Below, piece after piece: positions 61,581 through 64,000 of a DNA stretch of 64,000 nucleotides. The position numbers and the translations under genes are program-made. The stretch covers positions 90,954,001 through 91,018,000 of the forward strand of contig OZ024741.1 in the NCBI GenBank assembly GCA_964016885.1. Reading direction: 5' to 3'. The notes beneath the pieces were generated by a model. The model worked only from the letters and a program-made list of their open reading frames with translations, was not told where the DNA came from and ran no database searches. The DNA comes from Eledone cirrhosa. Lineage: Eukaryota. Numbering within the stretch: the first letter of the stretch is position 1; every line of letters starts with the position of its first letter.

Positions 61581-62009
61581 GTTTTTGTTCAAGTCTTACT
61601 TATTTCTAGATGACATGTAGTCGGATTGAACCCCAAACCATATGATTCTGAACTGAACTTCTTAATCACACAGCCATGCCTGTACCTATATCATCAACAT
61701 ATTCTACATACAACACTTTCACCTTTAAACAACAATAAGTACAGATACTAGAAACACAGAAAACATATTTTCAAATGGTACTGTTACATTCACTAATTAT
61801 GCCTCACTCCCATAAACCATGGTACTTCTCACACATGCACTAAAATAAACAAATGTCATAAATTTGTTAATATACTCATATCTATTCCAGAATTAATGCC
61901 AATTTCTTTCTGAGCCATTTCAAATGTTATATTTGGATAAACTAACTTGCTCTTCTTCTGTTCTTTTGGATGCACCATAACATAATACTGTGTAGTGCCA
62001 AAAACTATT
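30946..62009 (-). CDS. KIF28: Kinesin-3 family KIF28/KLP-6-like protein, 3' part (11 exons; motor and most of FHA lie beyond the window)
   Basis: Minus-strand exons 62009-61876, 59694-59576, 56865-56731, 55132-55049, 48925-48863, 45695-45549, 43843-43718, 41078-40950, 34644-34564, 32628-32490, 31136-30946, all GT-AG and phase-compatible. Motifs: IVFGTTQ..V..HP (FHA end), ITFEMAQKEI, EEVNAISKELD, W...EFLNRKYIMQEIYQ, DPFYD..IG.V.VFLKSLA, FKIKILQAQGLPSRFT, LIDYL....LKLWG. Confidence 0.85.
32490..32628 (-). CDS. KIF28: KIF28-like penultimate exon
   Basis: NAMKQMIELAEKHQKKNLSLKLIKCLLESTNKHQIDANLQLISQEK; tttcag/gtaaat. Confidence 0.8.
32960..33115 (+). mobile_element. Old CRE-type remnant
   Basis: EPSEVECLFQCISLAILCGNTFVILS matches EPRELEWLFQRVSLAVVLGNAFSILS of the 10.9-kb copy. 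Confidence 0.7.
33289..36397 (+). repeat. Segmental duplication copy B (within the kinesin gene)
   Basis: Direct repeat of 1-4955 without the Helitron insertion; identical ORF translations in both copies in the ORF track. Confidence 0.95.
34564..34644 (-). CDS. KIF28: KIF28-like exon (coiled coil)
   Basis: QSNAKQTKYLIELHILKKKLNKQDEKL; cttcag/gtaaaa, 27 codons. Confidence 0.8.
36510..36770 (+). mobile_element. RTE-dependent bipartite SINE fragment
   Basis: SINE body, then ggtgttaggaagggcatcca (also in LINE 5' UTR), then 37 bp identical to the LINE 3' end and (tga)n. Confidence 0.75.
36778..40010 (-). mobile_element. Near full-length RTE-clade LINE (APE endonuclease + RT + PHD finger)
   Basis: ORFs 39877-39092 (NVGTL, VQEVRW, SVYAPQ, GD.NGH, IDF, QHRLV) and 38953-36809 (FVDLEKAFD, GVHQGSVLSP, YADD) are in one frame, separated only by TAG at 39094-39092; (tga)n tail; 5' boundary approximate. 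Confidence 0.95.
40394..40735 (-). mobile_element. RTE 3' fragment
   Basis: WVKKCQGMPVEGSHGRGRPRKTWAEVV; (tga)n tail. Confidence 0.88.
40950..41078 (-). CDS. KIF28: KIF28-like exon
   Basis: LIDYLTSESITLKLWGRHRNSKKDNDMNCIPSVNEPDKQSENI; ctacag/gtaaat. Confidence 0.85.
43195..43560 (+). mobile_element. Two tandem tRNA-derived SINEs
   Basis: Two gattggcag..ggtagag heads at about 43200 and 43372 with conserved bodies. Confidence 0.85.
43718..43843 (-). CDS. KIF28: KIF28-like exon (C2-like region)
   Basis: DICCSFQIYLDDTEYKTDMITGTVNPKWNFSKMVSFKMVTKQ; tatcag/gtaaag. Confidence 0.88.
43960..44390. repeat. ~20-bp AT-rich minisatellite
   Basis: Imperfect repeats of cattacagtatcatatatat. Confidence 0.9.
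45549..45695 (-). CDS. KIF28: KIF28-like exon
   Basis: VELIPCDEHSKELIDSDECFFSEPEERLNKDLHFKIKILQAQGLPSRFT; ttacag/gtatgt. Confidence 0.9.
46375..46790 (+). mobile_element. Putative solo LTR
   Basis: Termini TGTAGTG...CATTACA, internal AATAAA, GC-richer than flanks, next to (TA)n; no TSD seen. Confidence 0.5.
46927..47555 (-). mobile_element. RTE 3' fragment interrupted by a SINE (47040-47228, + strand)
   Basis: RTE sequence resumes after the SINE; duplication attatttcct at 47030-47039 and 47229-47238. Confidence 0.88.
47950..48730 (-). mobile_element. Decayed RTE RT fragment
   Basis: LLFIIVL.AIT.EFKTGC.W.LLYAD-like sequence on minus strand. Confidence 0.8.
48863..48925 (-). CDS. KIF28: KIF28-like exon
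   Basis: IDTKQVSDVIDSFAHKVGTIE; ttccag/gtaagt, 21 codons. Confidence 0.85.
49380..50340 (+). mobile_element. Decayed RTE (second family) 3' fragment
   Basis: GCSESTVARVR, FSLKMKGRL.DAC; similar to 27.3-28.2 kb. Confidence 0.8.
50810..51087 (-). mobile_element. SINE
   Basis: Minus-strand tRNA-like head (ttagagcattggccttgcaatcatgaggttgtgagttcaattc). Confidence 0.65.
51101..54824 (+). mobile_element. Non-autonomous Helitron (3.7 kb) with internal GC-rich minisatellite
   Basis: 5' TCTTATATATAAA + (TTTG)n; 3' CCTGGGCAACGCCGGG hairpin then CTAG; inserted A|T in a (TA)n run. Confidence 0.85.
51450..53100. repeat. GC-rich degenerate tandem repeat, ~170-bp unit
   Basis: cccctcctcggccctt...cttcaagact..catg recurs at about 51792, 52121, 52817, 52990. 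Confidence 0.85.
55049..55132 (-). CDS. KIF28: KIF28-like exon
   Basis: DKDPFYDDPTAPYMIGSVEVFLKSLAHG; ttacag/gtaagt. Confidence 0.9.
55881..56630 (+). mobile_element. Internally deleted RTE (second family) fragment
   Basis: GVHQGSILNP, YADD, PHD start in ORF 55893-56312; 3' UTR like 28130-28310. Confidence 0.88.
56731..56865 (-). CDS. KIF28: KIF28-like exon (kinesin-3 KIF1B-type segment)
   Basis: VQVKVSDTENDIEWIWSRQEFLNRKYIMQEIYQQFINGENWKLPQ; ttacag/gtaaat. Confidence 0.9.
58190..58700 (+). mobile_element. Decayed CR1/L2-like LINE fragment
   Basis: HKLRDYGISG, ADDTT, WCERWLVTFNASKTKLL. Confidence 0.7.
59576..59694 (-). CDS. KIF28: KIF28-like exon
   Basis: TLLEEDLLEMLPAIEEVNAISKELDAKKTFSLMLNNQSE; caacag/gtgaga. 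Confidence 0.88.
59725..60410 (+). mobile_element. Decayed RTE RT fragment
   Basis: DEMQFGFMPG, AFIDIEKAFD, GVHQGS remnants. Confidence 0.85.
60950..61200 (-). mobile_element. Putative solo LTR
   Basis: TGTT...AACA termini, AATAAA on minus strand, appears to interrupt caaggcattt|ggtc sequence. Confidence 0.45.
61876..62009 (-). CDS. KIF28: KIF28-like exon (end of FHA domain)
   Basis: IVFGTTQYYVMVHPKEQKKSKLVYPNITFEMAQKEIGINSGIDM; strong acceptor, weaker gtatat donor. Confidence 0.8.
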
Positions 62010-63744
62010 CTGAAAAAAAATTGATGTAATGGTTTGAAATACTAGATTTGAAAGAGAAAAAGGAAATGTAATGGCAATATGGTCAAAAGTGTATGAGAAC
62101 AAAATCAGAAGAATGAGCACAATAGATTAATTTACTGATGTTTTAAAATTGCTTTCTATAACGGCACAAATAAACAAAGGCAAATGTTTTCAAGTTTCAT
62201 GGTTTATTTTATGGAAATATTTGAATTGCAGAATTATTTTATGGAAATATTTGAAACTCAGTGTTTAATATTCTGAGTCTGGGAAGCATTTGTAATGGCT
62301 ATTTTAAACATGTTGTGGGTGTTTTAAGTCTTTTAATCATTATTTACCATTTAAGTGCATGTAGAATTTGACACAAAATGTAAAATTACTGCACAAAATT
62401 AAATTCAGAACTGCACAAACTTGGATTTAATACTTCACAAACTAGAGCCAACAGCACATTAAAATGATCATTGATATCAAACTGCCTGAAACTGTCCCTG
62501 GTTCTGTGTTATAAAACTGTTTTTAAGTGTTTATATTTACCTAAAAACATTCCATCATAATTTTATGTGAGAACCTTTATTAAGTTATGTTGCAAACCCT
62601 AAATAATAAGAAAGTTAATTAGTAAATCAATCCAGGTTCTTGATTATTTTCCAAATTATAAGAAAATCGTAGGCAGTGCCTTTCATTAGAAATATGGTAA
62701 TGAAAGGGTTGAACATTTTCTGAGTTAAGTCTCTATGTAAATTCAAGAATTGACAAGAATTGGTAATAAAATTTTTCTATAACTGAATGGTGAGATGTAA
62801 CATATTTCCAGAACTGTACTTTTTTTTCCAGATACCTAAACTAGTTTATAATCATGTTTCTTTGAAGCATGTTTATTAATGATGAGGAATATTACTTCAA
62901 TAGAGTGCATATAATTAAATTCATAAATGGTGTGAAGAGAATTATATTTTATGAAATTCCTATTTCTCATTAGTCCTCTGACAACTAAATGCATTATGTA
63001 TTTAGTGAAGCTATGCTTCAAATACCATCTTATTAATGAGAAATTTAGTTATGTTACTAAATCTTTCCAAATTCTTAATTATTTTTAAAATTATTTAAAA
63101 ATCAAAAGCAGTAGAAACATAGTAATGAAAGGGTTAAATTCCAGAAGAATAAACCCCCACCAAAATTCTTGATAGGCTCGGAAATAAGTAACTATCCTGA
63201 ACTGAAATATGACTTTCAAATATTGACACAAGTCCACAGATTTTATGAGCAAAGTATACTTGAAATTAAACTGACCCTGGGATTTGACTGATACTTTATT
63301 TTATTCATCCTAGAAGTATGAAAGGCAAAGTTGGCCTCCGTAGAATTTGAACAAATAATGTAAAGAGCTGTAACTAAATACCACAATGTATTTTGTCAAA
63401 CAGTATCAATTCTACCAATTGACTTCTCTGATTCAATTATACATAGCATTTTCTTAAAGAAATCCCATATACTTAAACTCATATCTGATAATTCTTTATT
63501 ATTTCATCGACCCTGGAAAGATGAAAAGCAAAGTTGACCTCAGCAGAATTTGAACTCAGATAGTAAAGAGTTTTAACTAAATATCATAAAGTCCGAAGCT
63601 CTAAGAATTTTGCCAATTCACCACCTCATGACAAATCATATTTGATAATGAAATAATTACTAGTCTGTCATCTTATATGCAATCACATGGAATGTAGATT
63701 ATAGATAACATGTGTAATCACGTGGAATCACAGTAACCAATGTC

Positions 63745-64000
63745 ATCATCATCATCAACACTGTTTAATATCTATTTTTCAGGCTAGCATGGGTTAGACA
63801 GGTTGTCCTATTTGAGACAAGTCTGGTTAGATGACCATGTCTTGCTCATACAGAACTGATTTTGGCTTGGTTTCTATGACTGGATGTCCTTCCTACATGC
63901 CAACCACATTTACAATGAGTAGTGGGTGTTTTTTGTTGTGACACCTACACAACCACTTTACAGTGTGGGCTGGATGCTTTTTGTTGTGACACCTACTTGA
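63745..64000 (-). mobile_element. RTE (second family) 3' UTR fragment
   Basis: Reverse complement of sequence like 56420-56620, with (tga)n tail. Confidence 0.75.

Noticed and set aside
62010-64000. Further upstream kinesin (FHA) exons
   Set aside because: No FHA-like spliceable frame found; probably beyond the window.

Overview
AT-rich, microsatellite- and retroposon-dense eukaryotic (animal) genomic DNA; the repeat landscape looks cephalopod (octopus-like), which is an inference. Two spliced genes converge. (1) On +, a complete 9-exon gene (7025-25708, 390 aa) that the ORF track misses: signal peptide, Notch-ligand N-terminal C2/MNNL domain, DSL domain, three tandemly duplicated EGF exons, then a peritrophin-A/CBM14 chitin-binding domain and stop, with no transmembrane segment. 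Its EGF exons have diverged far more than their own flanking introns, with every changed codon replacing the amino acid. (2) On -, the last 11 coding exons of a kinesin-3 of the KIF28/KLP-6 type (62009-30946), ending in a CaaX-like CKIL. Bases 1-4955 are a near-identical direct duplicate of 33289-36397 carrying a dead copy of one kinesin exon and two stacked Helitrons. Other elements: a nearly intact RTE LINE with a PHD finger (one nonsense codon), CRE-type retrotransposon fragments, a Penelope remnant, a 3.7-kb Helitron, a 213-bp-arm foldback, putative solo LTRs and many SINEs.
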